Assembly (NCBI RefSeq): GCF_963676685.1
Contig: NC_092357.1
Coordinates: 51,956,001-52,020,000, forward strand
Length of the DNA stretch: 64,000 nt
Source of the DNA: Mytilus edulis
Lineage: Eukaryota
Direction: 5' to 3'
Positions 1 to 13,776 of this stretch are shown here, piece by piece (the first letter of the stretch is position 1; each line of letters opens with the position of its first letter). The notes beneath the pieces were generated by a model. That model was given only the letters and a program-made list of their open reading frames with translations. It did no database searches and was not told where the DNA came from. The position numbers were made by a program, and so were the translations under genes.

Positions 1-81
1 AAAACACCATGCCAAATGTACAGGAATAACAAATGTCATGTAAATGCTGCTAGTCTTTGGGATATTGAATATCGTTATTAC

Positions 82-198
82 CTAATTCCTTTGCTAATTG
101 TTTCCATGTATTACCATCAGAGGTATGCATGGATAAATTTTTTTCTAATTCTTTTTTCTTCTTCATGGGTAAATCTCTGACTCTGCTGAGCTGGTTAT
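82..198 (-). CDS. NGFR: p75NTR/TNFRSF16-like receptor, exon 4 (N-terminal part of death domain; gene continues beyond window start)
   Basis: Not in ORF track. Acceptor ttacag, donor G|gtaata, phase 1-1, in frame with exon 3. Translates (Y)NQLSRVRDLPMKKKKELEKNLSMHTSDGNTWKQLAKELG, with the death-domain W-x-x-LA-x-x-LG motif as in p75NTR. Confidence 0.85.
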
Positions 199-388
199 CT
201 GTAATATAAAAATATGGTATAAATAATGATAGCTTAGATGTATTAACCTTTTAAGTCCAGTCAATCTAGCATAAATTTGACCGTAACCTTAAAGTAATTG
301 CAGCAGAAGATTTTATTTTTAATCTTTAGCATTATACTCCAAATATGCACAGAAAAAAGTCCAATAAAATATTACTTGAGGAAACTAA

Positions 389-839
389 AACAAGAGGCTC
401 TCAAGAGCCTGAATTGCTCACCTGGTAAACAATGCCTTCGGCCATGTTTTTTGACGAAATAGAAAATAAAACACAAACTTTATTTTATACACCCTACTGA
501 TCATTCAAATGAAGTTTGGTTGAATTTGGTTGGGTAGTTTTAGAGGAGAAGATTTTTTAAAGTTAGCAAATATGATGAACAAATTGTGAAAAATTGTCAT
601 TAAAGGACAATAACCCATTAAGGGGTCAATTGACAATTTTGGTCATATTAACTTATTTGTAGATCTTACTTTGCTGATCATTTTTGCTGTTTACAGTTTA
701 TCTTTATCTATAATAATATTCAAGATAATGACCAAAAACTGCAAAATTTCCTTAAAATTACCAAAAGACGACGACAGACGACGGACGCCAAGTGATGGCA
801 TAAGCTCACTTTGGCCCTTCGGGCCACATGAGCTAAAAA
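389..839 (-). mobile_element. Non-autonomous HINE/DINE-like (Helentron-associated) element
   Basis: End AACAAGAGGCTCTCAAGAGCC hairpin, shared core, (GAC) microsatellite, GCTCAC...TGAGCT subterminal inverted repeat, A/T-run flanks; same family as 15410-17210 and 40505-41128. Confidence 0.7.
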
Positions 840-1799
840 TCACAATTTTAAATTCCTAGTGAGATTTGCATTGAAAAAGGGAGTTAACTCTGCAAAAAGA
901 GCAGAAATATCAATAAAATTTATAACTTTACAACTTCTATTCAACAGAATGTATTGATTGTTGAAATTTTTAGCTGCCTTTAGAGTATAACAAAAAGTTA
1001 ACAGCTCTAAAGGTGTTTTCATATCTTTTATCAAGCTACAACCTAGATTTGGTAGTTCATTAGTAGAACATTTATTGAATTTTTCAACATGTAAAGGTAA
1101 AGAATCTCAAATTTTATAAAAAGTCATTAAGCATATATTCTTCTTTTTGTGGATTAAAGTTTCTTGAAACAATGTAGATGCTGAACAAATATAATATACA
1201 GATATAAGCAATACAAATTGTCACATTATTTTTTCAAAATAGTCACAAAGCCACAAAGCCACAAATTTGCAATTTCTTTAATGAAAAATGCACATTATTT
1301 TTTTAAATATACCCATAACACTTGGGCAGAAGACTATATAATATAGACAAATATGAACTTATAACCCCATTAAAGTATCATACTTAACATAAATTTTAAG
1401 AAAATCAACCCCAAAAAGACTCATTTTTGAGGAGTTATCTCCCCTTCCAAAAAAATTAAAATGCTGATTTGGAGTTTTCCTCAAGTTAGATTTTATGGGA
1501 CTTTTTTCTGTGTATATTTAGGGTTTAATGCTGTAGAATAGTGTTGCTGATTTCGTCTATAATATATATAATATTTACAACAAATAAAAACTTAATGTGA
1601 AACAAAGAACTTTGAAAATGAGGTGATGGACATGAGAACATAAGACATCTGAAAGCATAAAGTATTCTGCTTTCTGAAATATATACCTCCAGACAAATAC
1701 CTGGTGCATTGTTCACACACCAATAAGATGAAAATGCTGGTAAAATATCTTTTTTAACATTTTACTTATTTTAATTCCAAAATAAATGTAAATTAGCCC

Positions 1800-2146
1800 A
1801 TTATTTTTCTTGTTTGAATTGTTTGACATTTGTAATTACAGGGTCTTTTAAAGATGAATTTGCAGTATTAGGTTTGCTCATTGTTGAAGGCCATACAGTG
1901 ACCAATAGATTCTAATTTTTGAGTCATTTAAGTGGTGGATCCAGAAATTGTCATAAGCAGGGTCCCATTGACTGCCCAAGATGGGGGCCGCTCCTGTCAT
2001 GCTTCAGTGATTGCCTATATAATCAACCATTTTTTTCCCAGAAAAGTGTGGGGGGGGGGGGCTGAAAAACCCTCTAAATCCACCTCTGCATTTATCTCTT
2101 GTGGAGAGTTGTCTCATTTTTAATCATACCACATCTTCTTTTTAAT
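1800..2146 (-). repeat. Interspersed repeat copy interrupted by a MITE
   Basis: Reverse-complement similarity to 18925-19120 (gaagatgtggtatgatt...gagacaactctccacaagag...ggccttcaacaa). Confidence 0.65.
1930..2088 (+). mobile_element. MITE with (C)AGTGGCGGATCC-type TIR and 5-bp TSD
   Basis: TSD CATTT at 1925-1929 and 2089-2093; homologous to 11704-11869 and 35684-35828. Confidence 0.75.
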
Positions 2147-4988
2147 ATTTTTAGGTATATTTCTTCTCTCTGTCAATCAAAATCACCACATTTATTTATC
2201 AGAACAACTGACATAATTTACAATGGATGAACAGTTTTAATATTTGTGCTGTTTCAGAGGCCAAAAAATTACTCTTAATCCTCCTTAAAAAGAAAGTGCA
2301 AACATTTCAACATAACATAAACTAGAATGTATTTGCAGTCTCTGTCAATCTGTTATAGTACAAGATACAGAGCAGGCCAAACTCATACAATAGGTAAAAT
2401 CATCATTGAAAAGCATTTCCTATATTTAAAAGTATGTAACTTGAATCAAAAATGAGAATTGAATCTACAACTAGACACCCTTAAGATGGATAATAAATTA
2501 CCTAGGAGCAATTAGGTATAGTGTTTGACTGATAGTTGCAGAGGAAACATCCACAAATACACCATGATTCAGTCAATAAAAAATGTGACAAAAATTGTTG
2601 AGAGGATATCCAAATTCTCTAAATTTTTCCTTAAAAGTATAAAATTAAATAGAGTAGAGGCATTCTTTGGAATTAATCACTGATTTTTCCAGTTGAAATA
2701 ATAAAGTTGCACTAATATTTCCAAGGGACATAACTCTTTTAAAAAAGTCAATTGTCTATCATTTAAAAAGAATTTGCCAATGATATTGCGGATATTACCC
2801 TCTAGAATAATTTTATGAAAATCTGGCAAGAATTGTACCTGTGAGAGTGCTAATGAGACCATTTTCCAAAAATTTAATATTAATGATATTTCCAAGAGAC
2901 ATAACTTTTTTCTTTAAAAGAGAACCATCCACCATTTTAGAATTTGTCAGAGATATTTCTGATATTAAACTATAATATATGTTTTATAAAAATTTTGCAA
3001 TTTGTACCTATGAGAGAGCTTACAAGACCAGACAGACATTAGGACCCTCCACAAGAATTTTCATGCGTTGGACAACATTTTTGGGTAAAAATACTATTTT
3101 ATTTATTAAAAGCAATTCATTCATTCTAAAACAAGTTATTTCAAATTCATTTAAATAAGCGTCTGTTTCTATTTTACAATTCTTTTAAAGCTAAGCTTTT
3201 TATTACCAAATATGTGCAAATTAAGGATAATATTTGTTTAGCAATAAAATTGCAATCAAATTTGCATTATGTAAATGTGAGTTCCACCCCTTGCCAACGA
3301 TTGTTACATAATTACCTATGAACTCAATGACACAACACATCAAACAAACATCTGTTACCAATTACATAAGATAAATAGCTTTGATGTTGTTCCCTATTGT
3401 CAAACCAAGTTACAGTATATACTTTATAGGTGATGCATGTGAAGACTTTTTTCCTTTTCACACTAAAAATGTACTTGAAATGAAAATATTTTGAGCTAGT
3501 TGAAATTTCTGAATTGTATTGATACTGAGGGGAAAAATTAAGATATAAAATAGAATGAAGAAAATGGCTAGATAACCACCTAAACAATAACATCTTAAGG
3601 AATATATCCACTAGTATTTCAAACTACATTTACTAAACCCTTTCCTATATGTTTAATGTAAAGTTTATTTTGTATATGAATATCAAATATATATAAAGAC
3701 TATATCAGTAAGTCGATAAAAAAATCTGTCAAAACCATGCACAATCAAATATTTTCAATGTTTTTTCTGCTGAGTAATTAACCTTAAATTAGCCTTCTTG
3801 ATTTAGCAGAAAAGAAACTTTTGTTTTTTTCTTTTTTTGTTAGCTGGACTATCATCATATGTATATGTATGGTTACAAGAACTCTTGATGAATTGGATAA
3901 ACCATACATTATGTTTCTAATTCTAAACGCTTCATTTCCTTACAATGTTGTATCCTATGATTGGCTTTACCACATCAATTATAAATGTAGTGTAAACAAA
4001 GGGTATATTGGATGCTTAGACTCAACCTTTATAAGAATATATTATAAATAGAAAGATGGAGTAAGTACCATAATCCTTCAGCAAACTTTGTAGCAAAAGA
4101 CAAAACATTGAATGACAATTGAGGTATATCTTTGTATAAGATATACTTTTGTTCTCACTCCAGTTCACAATCATTAAAAATGTTAAAAAGTCTATATGAT
4201 AGTGGATAGAGAATAAAGCATACTTGGCGTGATACTAAACACCTAGCGGAAGGAATTGTGTTTGATTTTCATATGATATAGACAATTTTTTTTTAGTTGT
4301 TCAATCAGTTTGTTTGAGGTCTGTAGCCATGCCAGTTACTGCTTCCGTTAAGTTCTTTGTAAAGTTATGTTGATCATTGTCATTTTGCTTAGTTTCTTGT
4401 GTTACATTTTATTATATCGGACTAAGGATTTCTTTTAAATAGAGTTGTACTGTGCATATTGCTGTGTGCTTGCTTATTCAACATTGGCTCGAGGGATAGG
4501 GGGGAGGTTGAGATCTCAGAAAACATATGAAATTTAGTCCTACTGCATTTTTGCCTACATCCCAAGTCAGAAACTACGGGCCTTTGTTTTAGTCTTTGTG
4601 TTTTTGATTGATTTATATGTTCTGTGTTTAGTGTGGTTGTGGTGTACTACATCTCATTGAACTAGTATACATTATTGTCAAGGGGTGGTTGTTGTGTACA
4701 TCTCATTGAACTAGTATACATTATTGTCAAGGGGTCAGCTGAAGCCTATCTCTGGGTTCAGGATTTTCTTTCTACAATGAAGACCCATTGGTGTCCTTGG
4801 GCTGTTTTCTGCTCTTTGATTGGGTTGTTGTCTCTTTAACAAATTCCCCATTTCCACTCTCAATTCTATTCTAATCATCTGACTATCACCATCTTATTTT
4901 ACAGAGGTCTTGAGTTTATAATAGTTTATGTGTGTCCTGTGGATTTTGATTATTCTAGGTATTGATATCTAATGCTTATTATAATTTC

Positions 4989-5290
4989 AACAAGAATGTG
5001 TCCTCAGTACACGAATGCCCCACTCGCACTATCATTTTCTATGTTCAGTGGACCGTGAAATTGGGGTAAAATCTCTAATTTGGCATTAAAAATTAGAAAG
5101 ATCATATCATAGGGAACAAGTGTACCAAGTTTGAAGTCGATTGGACTTCAACTTCATCAAAAACTACCTCGACCAAAAACTTTAACCTGAAGCGGGACAG
5201 ACGGACGAACGAACGGACGAACGAACGAACGAACGGACGCACAGACCAGAAAACATAATGCCCCTCTACTATCGTAGGTGGGGCATAAAA
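4989..5290 (-). mobile_element. HINE/DINE-like element with one ~169-bp core unit
   Basis: Ends AACAAGAATGTGTCC and ATGCCCCTCTACTATCGTAGGTGGGGCATAAAA, (GAAC/GGAC)n microsatellite; same family as 62392-62853. Confidence 0.75.
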
Positions 5291-5479
5291 ATTATCTTTC
5301 CATCAAAATAGTCTACATCCTATTATCATTCACATCAACTTTCTAGCAAATGCATTAAACTTAAACATTAAATCTTTACACAACTGAGACATTTATCACA
5401 CAAAATTTAAAAAGCCTTCCAATACATCATAAATATGTGGACCAATATTTTGACTAGCTCCTTATTACCTGATATTGCT

Positions 5480-6878
5480 TGAAGGCGCTTTAGGATACTA
5501 TGACTTACATTGAAGTGTTTTGAGGATACTGTGACTTACATTGAAGTGTTTTGAGGACACTATACCTTATATTGAAGTGTTTTGAGGACACTATACCTTA
5601 TATTGAAGTGTTTTGAGGATACTATATTTTATATTGAAGTGTTTTGAGGATACTATACCTTATATTGAAGTGTTTTGAGGATACTATACCTTATATTGAA
5701 GTGTTTTGATGATACTATACCTTATATTGAAGTGTTTTGAGGATACTATACATTATATTGAAGTGTTTTGAGGACACTATACCTTATATTGAAGTGTTTG
5801 AGGGTACTATATCTTATATTGAAGTGTTTTGAGGATACTATATTTTATGTTGAAGTGTTTTGAGGATACTATACCTTATATTAAAGTGTTTTGAGGATAC
5901 TATACCTTATATTGAAGTGTTTTGAGGATACTATACCTTATATTGAAGTGTTTTGAGGATACTATATTTTATATTGAAGTGTTTTGATGATACTATACCT
6001 TATATTGAAGTGTTTTGAGCATACTATACCTTATATTGAAGTGTTTTGAGCATACTATACCTTATATTGAAGTGTTTTGAGGATACTATACCTTATATTG
6101 AAGTGTTTTGAGGATATTATACGTTATGTTGAAGTGTTTTGAGGACACTATATCTTAAAGTCACAACAGCTCTTCATCTTGGACAAGGGCAGTGAATGGA
6201 ACATGAGAGCTGACATTGGAAAGAAGCTTGTGTTTCCAGAATGCCTACAAACAACCCTACGTCCAGACATTGTAGTTTGGTCATAGTCGTCAAAGATGAT
6301 AGTTGCAATAGAACTGACAGTTCCTTGGGAAGAGAGATGTGAAGAGGCATACCAGCGGAAAAAGGAAAAGTACTCAGAGCTGATGACAACATGTAGAGAG
6401 TGAGGTTGGAAAGCATGGCTGTTCCCAGTAGAAGTAGGCTGCAGAGGTTTTCCTGCACAGTCAGTATGGAGGATGCTACAGGTAATGGGAATAGTTGGAA
6501 AGGCAAGAAAGACAGCAGTTAGACAGCTAGGGGAAGCAGCAGAGCGTTCATCTTGCTGGTTATGGCATCGCCGAGATGATCTGAGCTGGAAGCCTAGTGC
6601 TGATGAGTAGAGGTTTGGCCACCTCTATTGACCCGCCAACCGGAGCATATAATGGTACAGGGTCAAAACATCTGGTGAAGGTTGGAACCATCTGAAGACA
6701 TCAAAGCACCGGCAGAGAGCGACAGGAATTCAGAGATGAAGGAAGATGAGCAGTCAAGAGAATATGACATTAGAAAAGCAGAATACCATCATCTGTATGT
6801 AATAATCATTATATTGAAGTGTTTTGAGGATACTATACGTTATATTGAAGTGTTTTGAGGATACTATGACTTACATTG
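5480..6878. repeat. 31-bp minisatellite anchored at the exon 3 splice donor, split by a LINE fragment
   Basis: Unit gaagtgttttgaggatactataccttatatt; about 22 copies at 5480-6155 and 2 at 6810-6878. Confidence 0.95.
6158..6808 (+). mobile_element. 5'-truncated Hero/NeSL-type non-LTR retrotransposon (restriction-like endonuclease C-terminus plus 3' UTR)
   Basis: Frame 6161-6610 reads ADIGKKLVFPECLQTTLRPDIVVWS*SSKMIVAIELTVPWEERCEEAYQRKKEKYSEL...*GWKAWLFPVEVGCRGF...EAAERSSCWLW: RLE motifs RPD...ELTVPWE with two in-frame stops. Confidence 0.85.
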
Positions 6879-7117
6879 TTTACAAAATTCATTTTCCACA
6901 TAAACTCCACTATCACATCCTGAAGCTTTGGAATATTCCACTTCTTCGTGGGGTTCATGGCCTTTATGAATCTTTCTATTTTTCAGTCTTGTATACTGTT
7001 TAAAAATAACATACACCAGTAGTCCCAGTACAACAGCACCGAGCACAGCACAGTAAACAGGTATCACATCAAAATCTTTCTTGTCCTTGGCCGTTGTTGG
7101 TTGTAATGTATAATTTT
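6875..7117 (-). CDS. NGFR: p75NTR/TNFRSF16-like receptor, exon 3 (short stalk, TM helix, juxtamembrane)
   Basis: Acceptor ttttag, donor T|gtaagt, phase 1-1. IPVYCAVLGAVVLGLLVYVIFK closely matches the p75NTR TM (IPVYCSILAAVVVGLVAYIAFK); the juxtamembrane DSGV motif is present. Confidence 0.92.
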
Positions 7118-10100
7118 CTAAAATAAACAGATATTGTATAAAAATCTATGTGATATGATCTAAATGTACAAAAACAATCATTCTATCAGAATTACTAAGA
7201 TTTCTAGGTTTAAAAAGGCAAGAACTTTTTTATTGGCACTTGTGTCTTTTGTCTGTATGTTATAAGTCTTTTAATCTTGCTTAGTGACGATTTGAGTCGA
7301 GGAAATTTCATATTGATTTTGACTGTCTGCTCTTCTGTTGAGCTGCATGCTTCACCACTTCTTGACGGTTAGGGGGAGGGTTCAACACCTACAAACATCA
7401 TTTAACCTGCCAAATTGTATAAGTGCCTGTTACCAAGTCATGAGTGAGGAGCCTATAATACAGAAGTTGTCATTGGTTGCTGTCTGTCATATTTTTTTTT
7501 TTATTTTTTTTTTTATAGTTTACTAGTTACGAATTAGTTGTTCCACAGGCTTTCCCTTTATACACTAGCTTGTTTACTTAATAATTATGTTCTTTAAAGA
7601 TAATGGTTATTGCATGTAGTGCTTGCAATAATTTCCCTAAAACAAGTTTTTTAATAAAGGTATTAGCTAAAACAAGTACAAATATGGACCTATTCATGTA
7701 CACCTTCTAGCTTTGATTTCTTTGGTACTTATACAACTATAGTTTCATACATTATAAAATGACTGAAGGTTTTTATTGGTTGAGTCACTTCCCTACACAT
7801 AATCTAGAGGATAGATGGTGATTAAAGATTTAACCTCTCTTTTCTTTTGTCTATTTCCTTATTTCTTAACCAAATTTGGTTATTTGTAGTTGGTACAATA
7901 TTCTGTGCTATGTTCAATTATTTTCCAATTCTTTATAATCTACAAAAATCTTTTAGAAATCATTTACAAAACTAGAAAATTCCACTAATCATCTTATATA
8001 TAAACTTCAAAATAGCATTTCACCTGCCATGAAATAAACATTTAACCATGAAAATAAAGGTAAAAAACTATTAAAGTCACCCTTCTTGTGGTGAAAATTA
8101 AAATTTAAAAGTAAAGTAATATATTTGATGATTTGAATACAACTCATCAGGTGGAAAGTCAAATGTGTTACACTAATAGACTTTCAATTGAATTTTTAGT
8201 AATTAAAGCAGAAATATTCTCTTCTTCAGTGCACACAAAAATTGTGTGAAAAATGAAATAAAATACTAGTTAAATGACATCAAAGGCTAATATGAAATAA
8301 AGATAAAAATGAATGAGAAAATTTGGTATGATCAATTCTAATGTCCGTATGTCATGTTAGATTCATCCTGGTATAGATTGCTTCACTAAAAAGTGGGGAT
8401 ATTTTCTTTATGCAAACATGATACACTACTTTTATTTGATTTCAGTGGAATACTTGCTGCATAAAATACTACCATCAAATACAGGCTGATGTGGTTACTG
8501 CATCAGATTAATTTAATCATCTCTTTTAGATAGGCTTGTTCATTTTTTGATTCGTTTTTTCCCCTAACAACTGCTTTTTGATGAATATAGTTTTGGTAAT
8601 GTAATCAAAATAAATCTTTTACAAAAGAGGCATTCCAGGCAATTATAAACTAACTTGGCAGAGAATATATACAGGATATATCATAAGCCAATATCATTCA
8701 CAGAATTTGTACATGAACCTTTAATTCTGTATGCATGTGATTCAGAATAGAGAAGTAATATTGCACCATATATACCACAACTTTGTTGGGCAGAAGTCTG
8801 TAAGAACAAGATGTATGTCTTTGAGTCTAAGTCACAAAAGGTAAAACAACATTAAAGAAAAGATATCATAAATTGTATTGTGTCAAAACTATGATTTTTG
8901 CTAATTATCATTTTTATCAAATTCAAGCAAGAACAAGATTGATAATTTAAAACAGTCTTCCTATTCAAATAACAAATCACAGGGTTCTTGCATGAACCAA
9001 ACATGTCTTAATTATTATAAAGGATTGAAAGTTTTAAGCCAAATATACTATACTGTTATATTTGTAAATAAATGGGGAATGTGTTCATGGGTAACAGATG
9101 ATGCCCCCTGCTTGCATATCATACAAAGTTATAAAGGGACATAACTGAAGAGAAGTAAAAGTGACACCATTGAAATTTGTACTTGATTTGAGTTTTGTGG
9201 TTACTATTAGTTTGTATAAGTTTCATAACATTTGGTCGAGGCAAACTTAAGTTAGAGAAAGGAAACTAAAAAAATCAGCCATTTTTTCATTCATCTTGAT
9301 ATTAAGATTAATAAAAATGATGTAGCCAGTGGACAAGGTTTATAATGTAGAACAAGAATAACCGATATAAAAAATACTTTGAAACATTTTTGTCCCTTCG
9401 TCAAGGAAGAGGCATATATTTCAAGTATGAAAGTAAAAATGTAAAAAAAGACTATGCTGCATCTTAATCTTAAAAAAAAACCTTTTTATTTGTCAAAGTT
9501 ATATTTTTAGTTTCATAAAATTCCCATTTAGTTTAACAAGGTATTTAATTAAGAAAATAGCCCCAGTCAGAACTTTAAAGTTAAATAAAATCAGGTTTAT
9601 CTATCTGTAACATTCAGAATATGAAGAAAGAAAAAAACTTTTTAAAAATGTTGATTTAGTTTAAATTATCTCTTTATCATACAAATTTTCTACCTTCAAA
9701 GCTTCATGAAATTCTATGAAAGTTTATAAGTTACTGGTGTCTTAAATATTAAACCCAAAACTGTAATTGTGCTACAGAAAGCTATGAAGTCCTGCTGATT
9801 AATACAATTTTACAAAGTTATTATTGTCTGAAACAAAGAGTGCACACCTGAAATGTCTCACCTGCTTTACTAACTAACCATTGATTTTATGTTGAGTGTC
9901 AATGTTTCCTACAAGTATCATATAAACCTAATATTTTTAAAGATCCATGACAATGAGCTAAGGTCAGATAAATCCTGTCCAACATATGCCAGATCAAAGT
10001 TTTAGAAACATATCACTTTTTATTGCTAATGGTTATTGAAAAACAGACCAAAACACAAAACCTTAACATTGACCAATAAACCATGAAAATGAGGTCAAGG

Positions 10101-11703
10101 TCAGATGATACCGACTAGATAAACATCTACCCCTTACAATTATTCAATACAACAAAAATAGCTGATCTATTGCTATTAATGTTTGAAAAGAGACAAAAAA
10201 GAAGCCATCGCTGGATTGTTATACTATAGTCTAACATACTACAATGTTTTTTTAGACTAAATGCGTCTTTTGTTGGAGGCAAGACAAAAACTTTAACCAC
10301 AGACTTAAACTTTTGTCACTATTTCCCCAACAGTATGTTGCAGGCTCCACAAAAATCAAAGTTGTTTGTTGCCATTTACTGTGTAGACTTAAATGCTTTT
10401 AAAGTTTCTTTGGGAAAAATAAATCATTAAATTCTTTAATCCCAAGGCATGTTTGAAATATCTAAAAACAAATACCTAAAATAGTAAATTATTTTACCTA
10501 ATGTTTAATTTGAAAATTAGAAACTCTTTAAAAAGTGTTTTTTTCTGTAATTTACTGACATGCATGAACCATCATAGAACTCCAGGTTTCTTTTTTTTCA
10601 GCATTTATGTATAATTTAAACCATTATTTCATTTCTGTTGCAATTTTTATTCAAATTATTCCCTTTAATTTATACTGAAAAAGGATATAGCTTTATATTT
10701 TATGTTGTCAATTATTTCAGGCAAACAAATTTGAAAAGAAAAGACTTTTGATGTAATTGGAAATTTGTTGCAATTAACTTTAATGTAATCTTTTTGAAGT
10801 AACTTTATATATTTTTTATAACGTGTCAAAGAACTCATCTTTTTTTAGTATAAATTAATAAAACATAAAAAGATATTTAAACAACGCCACTTCAGTTAAC
10901 AAACGTAACCATTTCTATTCAAGTTCTGGAAAATTTTCAATCAAGAATAAAATATGTACCAGAAGTAGCATCAATACAGTGAATCAATAGTATAGTAGTA
11001 TATATCATGATAAAGGCTAGTTTAGCTTGTGTAACTTGACCATCTAAGGTGATATATGATAAATTCACTGAAAACCTGAACTTAAGAAGTAGTATGATAA
11101 GAGTGACAGGTTTGATTTAGCTTTCAATGTAGATTTGTAATAGTGCTTGATTCACAATGTTTTGTCTGGCCACCAGAGCTCTAGAAATTCATAAAATGTG
11201 AGACATTGGTATTACAATCAGGCAGCATTAAGTAAACTGATTGTAAAAAACTTTATATTTCAAAGGGCATATGCCTTATGTTAGGATGTTTATGTCTGTC
11301 ATATATGTTCATTGTCCTTGACCACATTTTCATTGTTCAGCAACTTCTAAAAAAAATAGGTTTTTATTGTCATATGAATTTCTCACTCATTATGAGAAAT
11401 ATGATAACTATATTTGGTATAATGGATCTTTGTAAGTTTTTTCAGACAAAAGTAAAGACATTCATTATTCAATGAACTGCTCCTTAATTGTTCACAGACA
11501 CAGGCATACAAATTATTAGGAACTATATATGAGTGTGTATAGATTTAGTAGCTATTATCTATGCTACTTCCAGCTATTATCTATGCTACTTCCTTCTTGG
11601 GAAGCTGGAATCGAAGGAAAGAATGGACAAATAAATGAAGGTCCTATCTTTTAAAACTAAATAATTTTGCTTCATCACAACTCTTTCATTCAGACATTGT
11701 GTA

Positions 11704-11805
11704 CATAGGCCAATCCAGGGGGGGGGACCTGGGGGGCCTGGGCCCCCCCCTTTCGTGGGAAAAATTTGGTTGATTATATAGGGAGTCATTGAAGCATGAC
11801 TGGAG

Positions 11806-11841
<36 letters not shown>

Positions 11842-11869
11842 TTTAGGAAAAGTTCTGGATCCGCCACTG
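11704..11869 (-). mobile_element. MITE with GGATCCGCCACTG end, 5-bp TSD and C36 tract
   Basis: TSD GTGTA at 11699-11703 and 11870-11874. Confidence 0.8.
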
Positions 11870-13259
11870 GTGTATGTCATGTCCTATGTACACGTATGCT
11901 TTTAGGTTGCAACTCTATAATGTTAAGTTTACCAAATATGAGATGATTTGACAGATTTATATATGTTTTGGTCACATAAGTATACATGTAATAGAGCTCT
12001 ACAAAGCATTTATCTAATAAGCATCTTTGATTTTCTTTTCCTATTTAATGACATAAGGTGTTTATAGTGAAGATGAATTTTTTAAAATGTACTTTTTGTG
12101 CCTAAGATCAATAGGTTATATGGCCTTCACCTTAATCAATTTCATAACTTTGAAGTTTTTTTAAGACCATGTCTGCATTGAAGCAGATGGAAACATAGTC
12201 AGAACAACCATTTATTTTATAAAGAGTCAGTTTATTTCTGTTGTTTAATTTAATTCAAACTGGATAAATATGCTTGTTAAGATACATTATATATCTGTGT
12301 TTATATATATATATGGACTTCAAAAGAATTTAGGGATGATTTTTTCCAACTTGTAATACTATTAAAACTGTGGTGTGAAATAAGCCTTTCATATAGTTTT
12401 CAAAAGAGATCAATAATTTTTGTAGTTAATTGTGTGATCAATTTGATGTATTAACTTCAATGAAGCAGCTCAAGTGTACCACTTGTGTATTCAAGTACAA
12501 ACCAGTTAATATCAACAAGAGGCTGAGCTTTGTAGATATCAGTATAGATGTAAGAGATCACAACATTCCTTGTACTCTGATGTTGAATAAAACAAAGAAT
12601 TTAAGATGTCTTTTTACCTGAATTAAAATGGAAACATTTAATATTACCTTGTTACTTATTATTTTTGTGCTTCGAATGTAAAGTAATCATGTATATCAAT
12701 GACTTATATATTAGATTGATCTAGATTAGTTTCACCATCCTGAAAATCTGCCATAATTAGCAAAATTAGCAAACATATGTTTCATAACACGGGGCAAGCC
12801 CCCACTTTTTCAAAATCCAGGATCACAATCTATGATTTCCGTCTTAATAAACAGATGGAACCTCTGTCTTAATATCTTATAGTCAAATTAAATATATCAG
12901 TATATAGTTCTTCTCCCAAAATCGAAAATAATATCAATATTGTAACAATTTTAAACTATGTTGCATGCCACAAATTGTCTATTAAAACATTTGAACAAAA
13001 AACAGGTACAACATGTAATACTGATGTATTGTTATTGTGACTTGTATGAATTTTTCAGTTTGAAAAAAAATGACCTATATTCTTTCAATAATTACCAAAA
13101 AAAGTCCAAAAATTTCCTTATCATTGAAGGTAATATATATAACAAATTTCTTTCCAAAGGGATAATCAAGTTTTCAAGAGAGTTAAGTTTTATATATTTT
13201 TTTTAAGTAAGATTTAAAATACTACTTCTTAAATTTGCATCACAACACAATATAAATAC

Positions 13260-13776
13260 CTTTTGCGTGTCCATAACAGATGGTATTTTCTGTGTCACTA
13301 CAGGGTTTGAATTCTGCCTGGCCTGATGAACATTTGGTACAGCGTTTACATGGCAATGTTGCACTTTTAACATCAGAGTAAGTCCCATTAGGACATTTGA
13401 GACAAATAGAGTTCTGTAATCTATTGCAGGGAATGATGGCACCATATCCGATTGGACAAAAATTACACAATGAACATTCTTTAGCTACAGTATGGAAGTA
13501 AAAGTCAACATTACATTCACAAATGGTATCTTCTATAATTGTGCATGGAGTTTTGACGTGAGAATCTTTTTTGCATTCAGAACAATTTTGACACTTTTCT
13601 GTATGCCAGAATTCTGGTGAAAATGTCTGTCCTTGAACACAAGATCCACACTGTGTATCATTACCATGAGAGCAATCCTGACTTAATCCTTGTCCAGGTG
13701 GACATTTATTGCAGCATCTCTTCCCATTGAAGTCATAAGCTTGTTCTTTACAGTCTAATGCAGTACACACTCTCAC
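13260..13776 (-). CDS. NGFR: p75NTR/TNFRSF16-like receptor, exon 2 (end of signal peptide plus four TNFR cysteine-rich domains)
   Basis: ORF 13240-13776 with TNFR CRD spacing (CCNKCPPGQG...DTQCGSC...CPNGTYSD...NTIC). Acceptor aacag, donor G|gtattt, phase 0-1. Confidence 0.93.

Noticed and set aside
6174-6506. 110-aa minus-strand ORF
   Set aside because: Antisense to the RLE coding frame of the Hero-like fragment.
11586-11880. Poly-glycine ORFs
   Set aside because: They are translations of the C36 tract in a MITE.
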